A stretch of DNA of 64,000 nt from Octopus vulgaris. Lineage: Eukaryota. Under the pieces are notes generated by a model. It saw only the letters and a list, made by a program, of their open reading frames with translations, was not told the DNA's origin and did not search any database. Position numbers and translations under genes: made by a program. Below, piece after piece: positions 11,330 to 24,317 of the stretch. The stretch is taken from the NCBI GenBank assembly GCA_951406725.2, contig OX597821.1, forward strand, positions 45,756,001-45,820,000, written 5' to 3'. Within the stretch, counting starts at the first letter, position 1; every line of letters begins with the position of its first letter.

Positions 11330-13640
11330 ATTGAAAACTTTCGCCCAGTACCAGCTTTTGTAGTAAAGGGTGCATAGTTGACTTCATCGCGCCTAGTACA
11401 AGTACTTCCTTTGTCGACCAGGAGGTATACAATGTAAATAATTCGATTAGAGTTTGATACTGACTGTAAAAGGACGTCACTGAATTGTCCAAGGCGTAGA
11501 CATATAAGACGCTTGCAGAGAAATTCAGTGAGATGTTGACGGAGCTAAACACAACACTTGAATGACTCACCGAAGGAAAAACCATCCTAATTCATAAATC
11601 TGCCAAAACTACAAACCTACAAAACTGCAGATCCGTAACACGTTTCCCTGCCGCCTACAAGGTCTTAACTGCAATAATATCACCAAGAAGGGACAGACAT
11701 CTATTAGACAACCTTTTCCAGAAGAGCAGAAGGGATGCTGCAAAGGTTCGTATGACTGTAAAGATCATTTACTGATCAACAAAGCCATAACTGAAGGCTT
11801 TCTCCGTCCGGGTTGCGGATCCGTGGAATAAGCTGCCGGACGAGATAGTGAAGCTGCCGACGACCGCTCGGTTCAAAGTCTCCCTTGACCACAAATGGCC
11901 TGAATTCTTTGCATGAACACCACCCTGTACATAACTCCATGTCCCCCTACATGGGCTTGCTTTTTGCTTTTTGAGCCAAATAATTAACTTAACTTAACTT
12001 AACTTAACTGCCAAAAGAAAATGATGGGTCCAAGTATGAGTTGGATCGATTACCGGAAGACTTGTGAATGTATTCCCCACACACAGATTCTTGAAACAGT
12101 AGTCATGAGCAAGGTAACACAAACAGTGATAAAATTTACAAAGCATTTAATAAATTAAAGGGATAAAATTTACTAACAAAAGAATTATAGCGCACGCATT
12201 TTCCAAAATAAATATAAAATTCGGCTAATAGAAATATGCTAAAGCAGACTTGTAAAGAAGAAAACTGATTAAGAATAACAATATCATCCTAGATAAAGAA
12301 AATGAAATAAAAGAACTAGACCAAATTCAGGAATCAGTGAACTAGATCTGGTACAACACACGCAAACGAAAGAAAGGATGAAGAAAGAATATTATAAACA
12401 AAACAGATTAATACTTGAAACAGAGCTCAATATGAAAAATAAGGTAATAGGTATCAATACTTTAGCTGTCCCAGTTGTAAGTTACAGTTACAATATTCTT
12501 AACTGGACACTAAATGAACAAGCCAAACTAGACAAGAAAGCAAGAAAAATAATGACGGAATTTAGAGCACACTACCCAAAAATCTGACAGAATGGTTATA
12601 TATACAACAAACTGAAGTTGTAGGAAGCCTTATATAACTAGAAAACTTCAATAAAATATCCATTATAGGACTACAGAAATCTCAAATTCAGAACCAAAGA
12701 AAGGGGACACAAAAAGCTACAAAGCACGGGCAAAGCAAAAAACTGTTTTTTATCTTCAAGGAAGCCGAAAAATGCAAGGAAAAGTTCATAATATCTGAAA
12801 ACGAAAACTACAAAGTAAAAACACGAAACATCAAAAGTTGTAGAGCAACTAGAAGCAAAGCTAAAACTGGAACTACAAAATACCATGATAAAACGATGGC
12901 AAGAAAAGCCCGTACATGGCAAATACAGGGATAAGCTAAACAGGAAAGAATTAGATAAGGTAAAATCTCAACAATGGTTGAGAAGTTCGGGTCTCAAAGC
13001 AGATACTAAGGATTTTAGATTGCGGTACCACATCAAAGCTTCCCCACCAGAAACTACCAAAAAGGCATAATGAAAAAAAAATAGAATAAGTAACTTCAAA
13101 ATATGTGGTGACGAGGAAGAAACAGGAAATCGTATTGTCTTTGGCTGCCCAGTCCTGGCTAAGACGGAATATATCCAGACATGGTAGAGTTGGGACATAT
13201 ACACGGAAAGCTGTGTCAGTACTACGGAATGACAAAAGTAAAAATAAAAGGTACTGGTATACCTCAGAAAAGGTCTCAGAAAATGACAAAGCAACACCAT
13301 ACTCTGGAATGTGCCAATACATACAAATAGAAAGCTAAATAGGTCAGATATTGTTGTCAGGGGCCACCAAGAAAAGAAGTACCTTCTAATCAGCATATCA
13401 ATCCCAGCAGATGACATTGTATCTCTAAAAGAAACAGATCAACTCTCGAAATGTAAAATCTGGAAACAGAGATAACCCAAATGTTGGGGCTGAAGACAGA
13501 AATAATCTCTATAATAGTAAGTGCATTAAGCATGGTTGAAAAACCAAACATAGACAAATACGTAACCAAACCATCAGAACTTCCGATTATATATAACATA
13601 CAGAAAATAGCACTGCTGGACACTGTGAGGAAGTTAATGA
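11330..13640 (+). mobile_element. Decayed R4/Dong-like non-LTR retrotransposon (RT plus restriction-like endonuclease)
   Basis: Fragments include WIDYRK, INTLAVPVVSYSYNILNW, WQEKPVHGKY, WLRSSGLKA, NRSDIVV and IQKIALLDT, with many stops and frameshifts. Confidence 0.8.
11794..12008 (+). mobile_element. 3' end of a CR1/L2-type LINE nested in the R4-like element
   Basis: Translates FSVRVADPWNKLPDEIVKLPTTARFKVSLDHKW, then a short UTR and a (TTAAC)n tail. The host coding sequence resumes afterwards. Confidence 0.8.
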
Positions 13641-13679
13641 AGTCAAAGCTAAATGGTCTGAATCGAGTGAAGCTGTAAA

Positions 13680-14300
13680 TAGTTGGGTAGTATCGTTACC
13701 TAGATATTCAGCAGATTTTGTAAACTGGATAAAATCTGGAATAGCAAATCTGGACAAAAGAACTGGATAGGAATCCGATACGAATAGAAGACTTCGTCTT
13801 ATAGCAGGGGTAGCAGGATTGTATTTACCTAGAAAGGAAGGTGGTGAAGTTTTAATGCCAATAGAAGACAATGTGGAGTACATATAGCCTCCAATGTAAG
13901 TAATAATGAGGGAATTTATTAAGAGTTGCTAGTGTAACAGTAAGAGATAGGAAAATCAAAAAGCCAAATGCAGTTAAAACCAGAAAAAGAGAAGCAAGAT
14001 TATCTGACTGGCAAGAGAAGGCTTTGTATGGTAGATTTCCAAAGAGAGTTGCAGAAAAGACATAGTTGTGGTTAGAGAAAGAAAGGCTAAAAGGGAAAGA
14101 GAAAGTTTGTTAGTGCAGCACAAAATCAGGCTTTGAGGTGTCACTGGATAAAAGCTGAGATAGACAAAAACCAGGTAGAGTTCCAGTCTAGGTTATGAAA
14201 ATCAAAGTAAGAAAGTATTAAGTATTACTCATATAGTAAATGTAGTATGCTGGCTCAGAAAGAATACAAGAAAAGACATGACAACCCAGGTTAAATAATT
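13680..14300 (+). mobile_element. Second R4/Dong-like fragment
   Basis: LYLPRKEGG, WQEKALYGRF, AQNQAL and LAQKEYKKRHDN in broken frames. Confidence 0.7.
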
Positions 14301-14306
14301 CGCTGT

Positions 14307-14505
14307 GTTATCCAAGGGAAAGGCAAAGGCCGATATAGTTTGGCACCCGTGACGTCGCAACTCATTTCCACAGCTGAGTGAACTGGAGCAACGTGAAATA
14401 AAGTGTCTTGCTCAAGAACACAACACGCAGCCCGATCCGGGATTCGAACTCACAACCTCACGATCATAAGCTCGACGCTCTAACCACTGAGCCATGTGCC
14501 TTCAC
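14307..14505 (-). mobile_element. tRNA-derived SINE (5' part)
   Basis: Minus strand begins GGCACATGGCTCAGTGGTTAGAGCG...GAGTTCGAATCCCG (Pol III A and B boxes). Nearly identical to 52590-52787. Confidence 0.85.
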
Positions 14506-14509
14506 ATAT

Positions 14510-14612
14510 ATACATACATACATACATACATACATACATACACACATACATACATACATACATACATACATACATACATACATACATACATACATACATA
14601 CATACATACATA
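14510..14612. repeat. (CATA)n microsatellite
   Basis: Directly visible. Confidence 0.95.
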
Positions 14613-15199
14613 CCCTGTTGTTGATGTTGAAATCCGAATGAAGGAACCCTAAATCTACGTTGGAAACCGGCTTGAAATAAAACTGAATAATGGCTTACAT
14701 ACATACATGTATATATAGACGTGTGTGTGTGTGTGTGCGTGCGCGTGCATGTGTCCATATATATGTCTGTGTATATGCATATATTATTCTGAATTTATCT
14801 ATAGGTCTATTATCGCTGTAAATCAATATGAAATTTATGTAACATCTAGTATAAACTTCTAAAAGCTAAGGGTCTTCCCTGTTTTCTGAGAGAATACTCA
14901 AGTTAAGTAGCTGATACTTTGATCAATCGCTACTAAGCAAAATGTTAAAAGATCATTACTTTATTTATTTATTTTTGAAATTTTGTGTTTATATCAAATC
15001 ATTTGCATATTTTTTGGTCAAGTTCCGTTTTACGAACCAAGCAGTCGCAACATAAATACAATTTGTTCGAGCAACAATAACATTTACAGTAAAAATAAAT
15101 TCAGAGATACGCTCACACACGTAGCTCACAATTAAAACAACGTATTTTCGCTTTTTAATGGTTATAATAGTTGTGTAAAATGCATTAAAATACTAACCA

Positions 15200-15420
15200 T
15201 AGATGGAGAGAAATTTCCTTTCATTTTTGTTCACCGAAAGTTGAAAGCATGTATATCGGCTTCCGAGGAACAACATGACGCACAACAGCTGTTTGCTGGT
15301 CAACATGAGACCCGTCTGGTGTGGAATCTAGAGCAATTGAGAAATACTTCTGTTTTAAATATTTCTACAATATGATTCACATATTTTGCATTCAACTTTG
15401 GTGAACAACTTTGGTTAAAA
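15200..15420 (-). pseudogene. hAT (Tip100/ZMYM1-like) transposase fragment
   Basis: Minus strand reads KYFSIALDSTPDGSHVDQQTAVVRHV, the first catalytic-Asp motif. Confidence 0.75.
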
Positions 15421-16199
15421 ACGAAGAAAATGCTTGTTATAATTATGAAGCAGTAGATCTCAGACCGTTGACACTTTTCAATGTATTTTTAGATGTATTT
15501 AATATATTTAAACACTTCTAAGATATGTCAGTAGACTAAAACTTATAGATAAAATTGCAAACAAATAAAGCAAGATTTACCAAAAAGAAATGACAGTCAA
15601 CTCCTTTAAACCACACCTATCGTTAAAAAAAGGCTCATGAGAAAACGCATACTAGTTCTGGAAATAAATCAGATGAGCATTGTTGAAATGTCTTTTTTCA
15701 TAGGTCTGCTCGATTGGGGCTAACATGAGGCTAAACAACTAAAATACCAACTTTTGCCGAATAATGTTATAAAGTAGTGTTATAAAGTTATAGATAATGC
15801 TATATAGTTTATAAAGAGAGTCAACGACTATTGAAAAGGTTGCAAGACGCAACGAAAATTTTAGAAAAAATAAGATAGTAAATGAGTGGAAATCGAATCG
15901 GTGCGTGTGTTAAATAATAAGACACTGAAAGAGAATGACTCTCCCCAGATACAATAAAGTTATAAAGTTTTGAAGTAAATTCTCCAGGTAAAAGATGTCC
16001 CTTAATGGAAAAGTATTTAAGACCTTAATTCAACAGATTGGAATACGATAGAATGCAGGGTGTAGTCATTGTTAATCATTGATTCTTTAGACTGAAGATA
16101 TTGTATTAATCACAGTGTCCCATGCATTCGCTACATGTATCCGATATTGTGTGTAATTGTCGAAATTAATGAATATTATGCAATATTTTAGTAACTTAT

Positions 16200-17130
16200 T
16201 TGCTTTCTTCGTCGAGTTACAACAAAACCAGTCTAGCATTCAAAGCAGAGGCAATCGTGCTGCACTGTCAGAATCAATTTTTTTGCCAGTTCCTTGATCC
16301 CATGCTGATATCACTTCTGGTTTTCGAGGCGAAGAACTTTTCATTGAAGCTTTCATATCTTCTTGTAGTATCAGCTCTTGCAGACGAATGAGTTTCTGAC
16401 AAAGATTTCAAAGTTAGTATTTTATTTCCTTCCAAAAATTTCATGAAATTTCCCCATTTACGTGTCAACGTGGAGAAAAGGCCTATACCTTTTGTATGAA
16501 AACAAAATAACTTCAACGCAGCAAAAAGCAGCAGCTTGACCAACAGGATACTATGAATGACCAGCATAAGGAATGAAAACTGGAACCGAGTTATATTTTC
16601 TTTGGCTCGCATTCCTGTGTAGTGACCTGATATATTATTCGCATTGTCATAAGACTACCTGTGCAGTCTTCAAAATTTATACACTATCTTTTTCGAAATT
16701 CTTAGTCAGATGGAGCCAGCACTTCTGCTTTGTGAAAACCAGTCTTTAGGAAAGTTAAAAGCATTTCTATCGGCTTCCGAGGAACAACATAACGCACAGT
16801 AGCTTATATTTTGCATTCAACTGAACAATTTCTTCGTAGATGGTAGTTGATAATTATGATTGCTTACTAATTCAGGGACTGCCCAATACATTTAAGCAAT
16901 CCATCAGAAATGGATTAAATTGTTCAATAAGTTCCATAATTCCTCTAAAATTTCCGTTGAGCTTAGATCCTATAATCTTTTCACTATCCCCAAATGTTAC
17001 ACCTCTCTCAGCTAGAAATGGCACAGCACAATGCCATACCAGTAGTTTTTGCTTTCTCACACTTGTTTTCCAACCCCACCGGTAACGCAAGAACATTCCC
17101 TACATAAATACTGGACTGCAACACGGAATT
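16200..17130 (-). pseudogene. hAT (Tip100/ZMYM1-like) transposase remnant
   Basis: FLAERG...NGNFRGIMELIEQFNPFL, SYDNANNISGHYTGM and LKSLSETHSSAR (compare the usual TRWSAR motif). Confidence 0.8.
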
Positions 17131-17788
17131 TCTATAGCCTTGTGTTTGTTCATGCGTTTTCCTTTTCTCCTCTGTTTTAAAGCCATTCTTGTTGGCGTGA
17201 CTTCAATGTACAGTAAAAGAAATAAATTACACTCTTTGATAAGTTGTGCAGGAGTTATTTTCTCTAACGTTGTTTACTACTGTCGTGAATAGTATAACTC
17301 ATTAGATTTTTGAAGTAATAGCAGTAATGGTAGACATGTAAATGTGCAACCAAAATAAATCAAATGTTACTAGGAAAGACTTCAACTGTGGAAAATATTT
17401 TGCGAAAGTGGAAATGCTATACAGCAACACGAAAATAATAACACCAGATTGATAGGTCAGTCTCTCGGGAGATGTTATTTTGATTGACATATAAACCTCA
17501 AAATCTTAGGATTTTGGAGAAATATTCTTCCTCTTTTTAGTATAGTAATTTCATGTGTCTGACGAACTGGAATGACGATGACCTAAAATATAATATAGAA
17601 AGGAAGAAAGAAAATAGTCGGTTTAATGTTAAAACAAAACTTTGAACATGTCATATAACAAATTTGAAAGCTAAATAAAACTGTAAATTAAAAATTAAAA
17701 TTTCGGTACATACTTACATTTTTCTCGTAAATGCGACCAGCCTCTTCAGTTCAATGTCAAAGTGAAGAAGTTTATGAATGGCAATATA

Positions 17789-17789
<1 letters not shown>

Positions 17790-17832
<43 letters not shown>

Positions 17833-17893
17833 TTGTGTGTGTGTGCGTGTTGTGAGTGTGTGTGAGAGAGAGTGTGTGTGTGTATGTGTGTGT

Positions 17894-17955
<62 letters not shown>

Positions 17956-17970
17956 TGTATGTGTGTGTGC
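17790..17970. repeat. (TG)n/(GA)n compound microsatellite
   Basis: Directly visible. Confidence 0.95.
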
Positions 17971-18804
17971 ATTTCAATCGCAACTACCTACGGAATGAAT
18001 AGTCGTTTTTGGAGTAACTGGTGTCGCTGTAGTGGGGAAAATGTATTTTTCTGAAGATTTTAAAAGATTTTTAATGTAGAATTTTCAAGAAGAGGCCTTC
18101 TTCATGCAAAATTACTGGGGCGGGGAGTGCTCTCGGTATAAAGGGCTCACTACCATGGCAACATTTCCCACCAGCCGATATGAGACGGTGCCGGGGAAAT
18201 TACCCATTTTGCTCCTCTATAAATCAGGCTGTGTAGGACCGTGCAGATGCGTATATGCTGGACCTATAGGAATAAAATCTAGCGTCAGCTATTCCAAGAA
18301 AACATTGTAACTGCTGATATTTACATTTCTCGTGACAGATTAAAATGAGATATAGAGCTCGGATGTATAGAGTCCATAGATATGGCTCTTCATCCCAGGT
18401 TTCTTTCTAAGAGGCTCTCATAATGTTGGTTAGACGCAAACGCATTTAGAATCAGTGCCGAGAAATATTTGCATTGGTTCAGCTAATCATTCTTGGATGA
18501 TGTAGCAGAGACACTTCTATTATTCCCATTGTTTCAGTTATTCTTTATCTTCTTTTCAGGACAAAACAATCGGGCTTTCTATCACCATCAGACTGAATTT
18601 TGTCTTTGTTTTCTGTTTTTTGTAAATAGGCGCAAAACGTTTGACATATTTCCAGCTTTCTACTTGCTCCTATGTTAAATTCTATGTCCACTGTTTTTAT
18701 TATTTGCTAATTTATGTCTCAGCGTTAATATTTTTTTTATAAAACAACTCTTTACTGAATACATTTTCTTTTTCCATTGCTGTTGCTAATACTCATATAA
18801 TCAT

Positions 18805-19020
18805 TTTAAGCGGCGAATTGTCAGAATCGTTAGCTCACCAAACAAAATGCGCAGCGGTATTTCGTCTGTCTTTATGCTTTGAGTTCAAATTCTAGCGAGG
18901 TCGACTTTACCTTTCAAGCTTTCAGGGTTGATAAAATAAGTACCAGTTGATCACCGGGGTCGATGTAATCGACTTAATCCCTTCATTGAACTTGCTAGCC
19001 TTGTGCCAATATTTGAAACT
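18805..19020 (+). mobile_element. SINE, same family as 3190
   Basis: GGCGAATTGTCAGAATCGTTAGC...GAGTTCAAATTC...GTCGACTTTACC...GTACCAGTTGA...GCCTTGTGCC. Confidence 0.75.
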
Positions 19021-20517
19021 TTATGAAACTGTCTGAAAATTTCACTCTAACATTTCTTTGCAGAAAAAAAACTTTTAAATTAAGAAAATGCCTGTATAAC
19101 ACAGAGCTTTCTAATACATATTTAAAAGATTGTCAGTGCTTAATCTCATGATTTATCGAATATCATTCTGTAGTTAATATTACCGAATATGTAAACGCCA
19201 TAAAAAACAAACTGTACAGAATCAAATGTATTGCAGAGTCAGCTAATGAACTAATTTTCACGAATGAAGGTACTCTAGAGTCTTATCAAAAATTGGCAGC
19301 CTTGTAACCTAACGTCCAAAGGGAAAGTAGTCGCTAATTCAAGAGAAAGAATAGAACGAAGTAAGATGACAGTTAGTGAGTGGAAGAATAGAAAGAGAGT
19401 GTAGGTAACTTGATAGAAAGTTAGAATAAAACAGCTGGCTAGAGGGGGCATATTAGGAAGTTGCTAAGGAAGCGAGAAAAAGAAAATGAGTGGCAGCTGG
19501 AATGAGTGAAGGATAAGGGAAACTAAAGCAAGAGGAAAATAAGGACAGAATCTGCTAGCAAGATAGTTTGATTTAATAATAGGCATTCCTGCAGTGCAAT
19601 CGTATATTCATTAAAAAAACACAAACTGTATTTTCATTTCCGTTTGGTTTCAGTTTCGTCCATTTTGTTTACTTCCCGTTGGTTTTGCACCATCATTTTG
19701 TGAATGATCGTATATTTTTTCTCTGCCACCTTCATTTAACTTTACTGCTTTGGAATTTGGATTAGACTAGTGTTGCACATTTTGGGCTTCTAAGGATATA
19801 ACGAATAGGTTAGAAATATTTTGTTCCATTACACCTGAACGATAACAGAATTTCGACTGGAAATCTGTTTTCAAAATCAATTCAATTGGTGTATATTGAA
19901 TTCATTAAAAACATAAAATATAAAAATCCTAAAAGGATTTTATGTTATATAATTGTCTTTACATTTTGTTTTTATGCAAACTGTGAAAATTAATATATAC
20001 ACTGGATAGAAAATTAAATCTTGTTGAACCAAATGACGTAAATCTAATTTTTTTCAACTCTGGGTAATCCCTAACTGTGTATACCTATGATGAAATACGT
20101 TTGATCTGTGTTCCACATGCTTGTCTCTGTCCATACGATTTTAGCTTTCAGACACACCCATCTTTCTGTATATGCCGATTGTCTGCAGCTTCTTCGGAGG
20201 CAAGAAACGCCATTTTGTGTCGATGGAGTCTGTTAAGCCTTGCTCTGGAAACCAAAATTCAGCTTGCTTTACGTTATTAGCATGTTAATTTCTTAAGAAC
20301 TATTAATGCTTAATACATTTTATCCGTTTTCTCTTTCAGGGTCACTAACAATAATTGCTAAGCGTTTGTTTGCCTTGTCCGTCCACAAATTTTTTTTTAA
20401 AATTCCTGATTATTATGAATGACTTTTAAATGTCGTAAAAGATGAATTCTTACACACATATACACACACGTTTATCTATGTATGTATATATATATATATA
20501 TATAGCTATATATAAAA

Positions 20518-20570
<53 letters not shown>

Positions 20571-21750
20571 TTCGGTCATCCCTTAACTAAAACGGACTTT
20601 TTAAATTGCATGAACTAAAAGTGGGAGCGGGACGGGATAAACTACCTGCATTAACTTTCTATAAAAGCAGGTAGTAATTTTTACCTTGTGCTTATTCTTA
20701 GTGCAAGTTTTGAAGAGTGGAGTTCGATTTTAACAGTTATTTTTTCAAAGCTATAATGGAAGTGACAAAGGAGCATTTTCACCATATTTTCCTTTGTGAG
20801 TTTAATAAAGGGAACAGCGCAACGGAAAGTGTGAGGAATATTAATGCAGTATATGGGGATCGAACAATAAACGTAAGCCAGTGTCAGCGGTGGTTCCAGA
20901 AATTCCGGAAACTACAGCCTCGTCCTGGAAGATCAGTAGAGCTCGACGAGGATGTCTTGGAAACCCTGGTGGAGCAAAATCCCATCGTAATTGTTGAGGA
21001 ACTAGCAGAGAAGCTTGGATTTTCTCTTTCAACCATTCATCGACACCTGCATGCCATCGGAAAAGTCAGATAATTGTGTAAGTGGGTTCCACACGAACTT
21101 TCTGAGTCTAATCGCGTGCTGATAGTGAATGTGTGCTCTTCTTTGCCCTCACGTCTCACAAATGAACCTTTTTTGGACCGAATAGTGACTGGTGACGGGA
21201 AATGAGTGTCTATGAATATGTCAAGTGCCGAAGGCAGTGGGTAGGGAAAAGAGAAACACCGGCACCCCAGGCTAAAGAAGCTCTTCGCCCACGTAAGGTG
21301 TTTGTTGGCATATGAAAGGTTTAGTCAACTTTGAACTTTTAAACCCAAACCAAACGATAACAAAAGAGATCTTCCATCAGGATAATGCCTGGCCACATAT
21401 AGCGAGGGTAACATTCCAAAGGCTGGAGCAGTTTGAATGGGAAACGATGTCTCATCTACCATATTGCCGGACATTGCTCCATTTGATTATCATTTATACC
21501 GCAGTCTTTAAAATCATTTGGACGGAAAAGAATTTGAATTCTGTAGGCGAGGTCAGAACAGTACTGGAGGAGTATTTTTCGTCACGGTCAAGTGAATTTT
21601 GGAAGGGAGACCTAAAGTCTATCAGATAGATGGAAGGGGATTCTAGAAAGTGAAGGCGAGTTTATTTTAGATTAAAAAAGAACTTTATTTGTCTTAATTT
21701 TGAAAAATAAAAGAAGTATAAAAACTGCATTATTTATGGGGATGACTGAA
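20571..21750 (+). mobile_element. Mariner element, full length but decayed
   Basis: TIRs TTCGGTCATCCC... and ...GGGATGACTGAA. Transposase motifs: HTH region CQRWFQKF, WVPHEL, DRIVTGDGK, FHQDNAWPH and PDIAPFDYHL. Confidence 0.9.
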
Positions 21751-22104
21751 TATATATATATTGAGTGTGAAAAATAGTGAGGGGCGAAATATTTAATGTT
21801 TCATATAGTTGCAGCTGTTTCATAATTTACTGTATGTTGCATGATCAACTTCGAGGCATTGGTACATGCATTGTATATATGCTGCTCACTCACATTTATA
21901 CGCACACACACACACAAGTACATTACATGTATGCATGCTTATATATATGCGTACGCATCTATGGAACTAAATGCTACGTAGATGTAAATGCCATGCGATG
22001 TATAATGTAATACCTGTCGGTGAGTTAATTGTTTTTCAACCTCATATTTGTTCTTTAAAAATATATACTATTTGCTATTACGTATACTTAAAATCGCACT
22101 GGTA

Positions 22105-22240
22105 TTCTTTCATTCTTTAATTTGTTTCAGTCATTTGACTGCGGCCATGCTGGAGCGCCGCCTTTAGTCGAGTAAATCGACCCAGGGACCTATTCTTTGT
22201 AAGCTACATACCATACAGCCACTCCTTCGCCTATATTTAT
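22105..22240 (-). mobile_element. SINE 3' fragment
   Basis: TGTTTCAGTCATTTGACTGCGGCCATGCTGGAGC, shared with 52890 and 53415. Confidence 0.7.
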
Positions 22241-23249
22241 AATTTTTTCATATTCTGGAAATACAGTAATCTCAGTGAGGAATACCCGACTATACTAGGC
22301 GTTAATGGAGCAGATATGTCAGTCTAACTAGTTAAAGAGTTCCAGCTGGCAATGTCTAATTTGGGTAAGTGCCTAGTACTATAGCCATGTATAGAAGTGC
22401 GATTTTTAATCTAGAATGTTCTTCAAGCAATCAAGCGAAATAGAGTTAGAAGTAAATAGTGCTTGGTCTGATCACATCATAGCATTTATTATCCGTTTTC
22501 ATTGTTAATTAATGAATATAGAGTTAATTAATGAATATAGTCAAAAGGTTAACTTTAAAACTGTACAGTTAGGATTGTTTATTTCCTTTCTACACTGCTT
22601 TCGTTATTTATTTATATTTTGAAACGATTAAAACAAAATATGTTATGTAATTTTGTGAATATTTGAAAAAGCATTCAGTTTATCGCATGTAACAGCCGTT
22701 GAACACTTCAGTAACAAAAATTGCAAAGAAAGTGTCGGCTCTTCCGTTACTTAGTTCAACTCTGATAAAAATTGATACATGAGATGAATTGTCAGGCAAT
22801 AAACCAGCGTTTTAGGTAAATTGTGCATAATGCATCGTATTTAGGCGATAGTGCACAGAAATTCCCTACGCAACTTCATACAGACAATTATTTTATATTT
22901 TATGTTCTGTATATAAGTATGTAGGTATTTGCCGGTGAATATTATTGACTTGTCCTCTATTACTGCTCTTATATGCTGCTACTGCGACCAATGTATATAC
23001 TTCTCTTGGTTGTTATGGCGATATACTCGTATTTAAAAAGAAATCATATCCGTTTTCGGACTAAAATGCAAAGCTTTTGAAATTCCATTGCTGTTAACTG
23101 CTTGTCTTTGCTTTCTTAAGCAACATAAGAGAATTAGAGGTAACGAGGGTTATCATATTCAAACTATTTTTGATGGCATTAACAACAACGTTGGCATCGC
23201 AATTTTATTTAATTGGTGAATGCTTGTACAGTCTTATTAAGCAAATAGC

Positions 23250-24317
23250 GAAACCAATGGATTTCATATCGAATACGTGGCACACATTGACCTTGAACTC
23301 TGCTGTGCATGCACACTAAGTTTAACGTTCTAGCTCACTTCTACTGTTTACAGCAGTGCTTGGAAGGAAGGAGTGTAGCGTGTGATCGTCGCATTGACCA
23401 TAATAGAGAAAGTTGAGCAAAGAATCTACATCAAATTTTGCCAAAGGCTTTGCGATACCTGTTCAGAGGCCTACGCAAGGTTGCAGAAAGAGTATGGAGA
23501 GGAGTGTATGAGCCGCACACAAATGTACGAATGATTCAAAATTTTCCAAGATGGCCGAAAAATGTCGATAGTGGCAAACGTTTTCGCTAAAACTGCTTTC
23601 AGCTGATCAAAAAGACACTAGGGTTTCAGTTGCACAAGATCTCCTTGATTGTGTTGAAAACGAAGACAATTTTTTGAGAACGGTCATAACGAGTGATGAA
23701 TCTTAGACCTCGAAACAAAGGCTCACTCTTTGCAGTGGAAGACCACCAACCTCTCCAAGACCGAATCAATGTGAAGACACTGTTGACCGTTTTCTTCGAC
23801 TACAAGGGGATTGTTCATCATAAGTATGCTCTATCTGGTGATACAGTAAATAAGGAGTACTACCGTGACGTTTTGCGGCGTTTGTGGGATGCTATTCGTC
23901 AGAAAAAAAATACACAATTGCATTTGTCCAGTGAGTAGCAATTGCACCATGACAACACATCTGCCCATTCAACGCAGCTTGTGCAGCAGTTTTTGGCTAG
24001 GCACAGCATTCTCCATGTCCGACAGCCACTGTATTCTCCAGATGTCACCCCTTACGACTTTTTCCCCTTTCCAAAAATCAAATCCTACTTGAAAGGAAGA
24101 TTTCAGAACGTCGTGGAAATCAAAGTGAATGCGACGAGACAGCTACTGATTATCTCAGAAACCGAGTTTCAGGAATGCTTCCATCAATGGAAACATCACT
24201 GCATTAAGTATGTGGCTTTCGAAGGGGACTTCTTTGAAGGAGATTAAATGCCAAATTGGTACTAGCTGTAGTTTTGTCTTTATAGCACCAGTCCGGATAC
24301 TTATCGATCAGACCTCG
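23250..24317 (+). mobile_element. Mariner element (irritans-like), decayed
   Basis: EQRIYIKFC, TVITSDE, HHDNTSAH and YSPDVTPYDF. Right TIR ends ...GATCAGACCTCG followed by TA. The left boundary is uncertain. Confidence 0.85.

Noticed and set aside
14307-14505. tRNA gene-like heads (also near 45830 and 52785)
   Set aside because: The A and B boxes run directly into shared SINE bodies, so these are SINEs rather than tRNA genes.
14630-14675. CGAATGA...GAAA-CCGG hammerhead-like string
   Set aside because: Two core mismatches, a weak stem II and no stem I. Possibly a decayed copy, but unsupported on its own.
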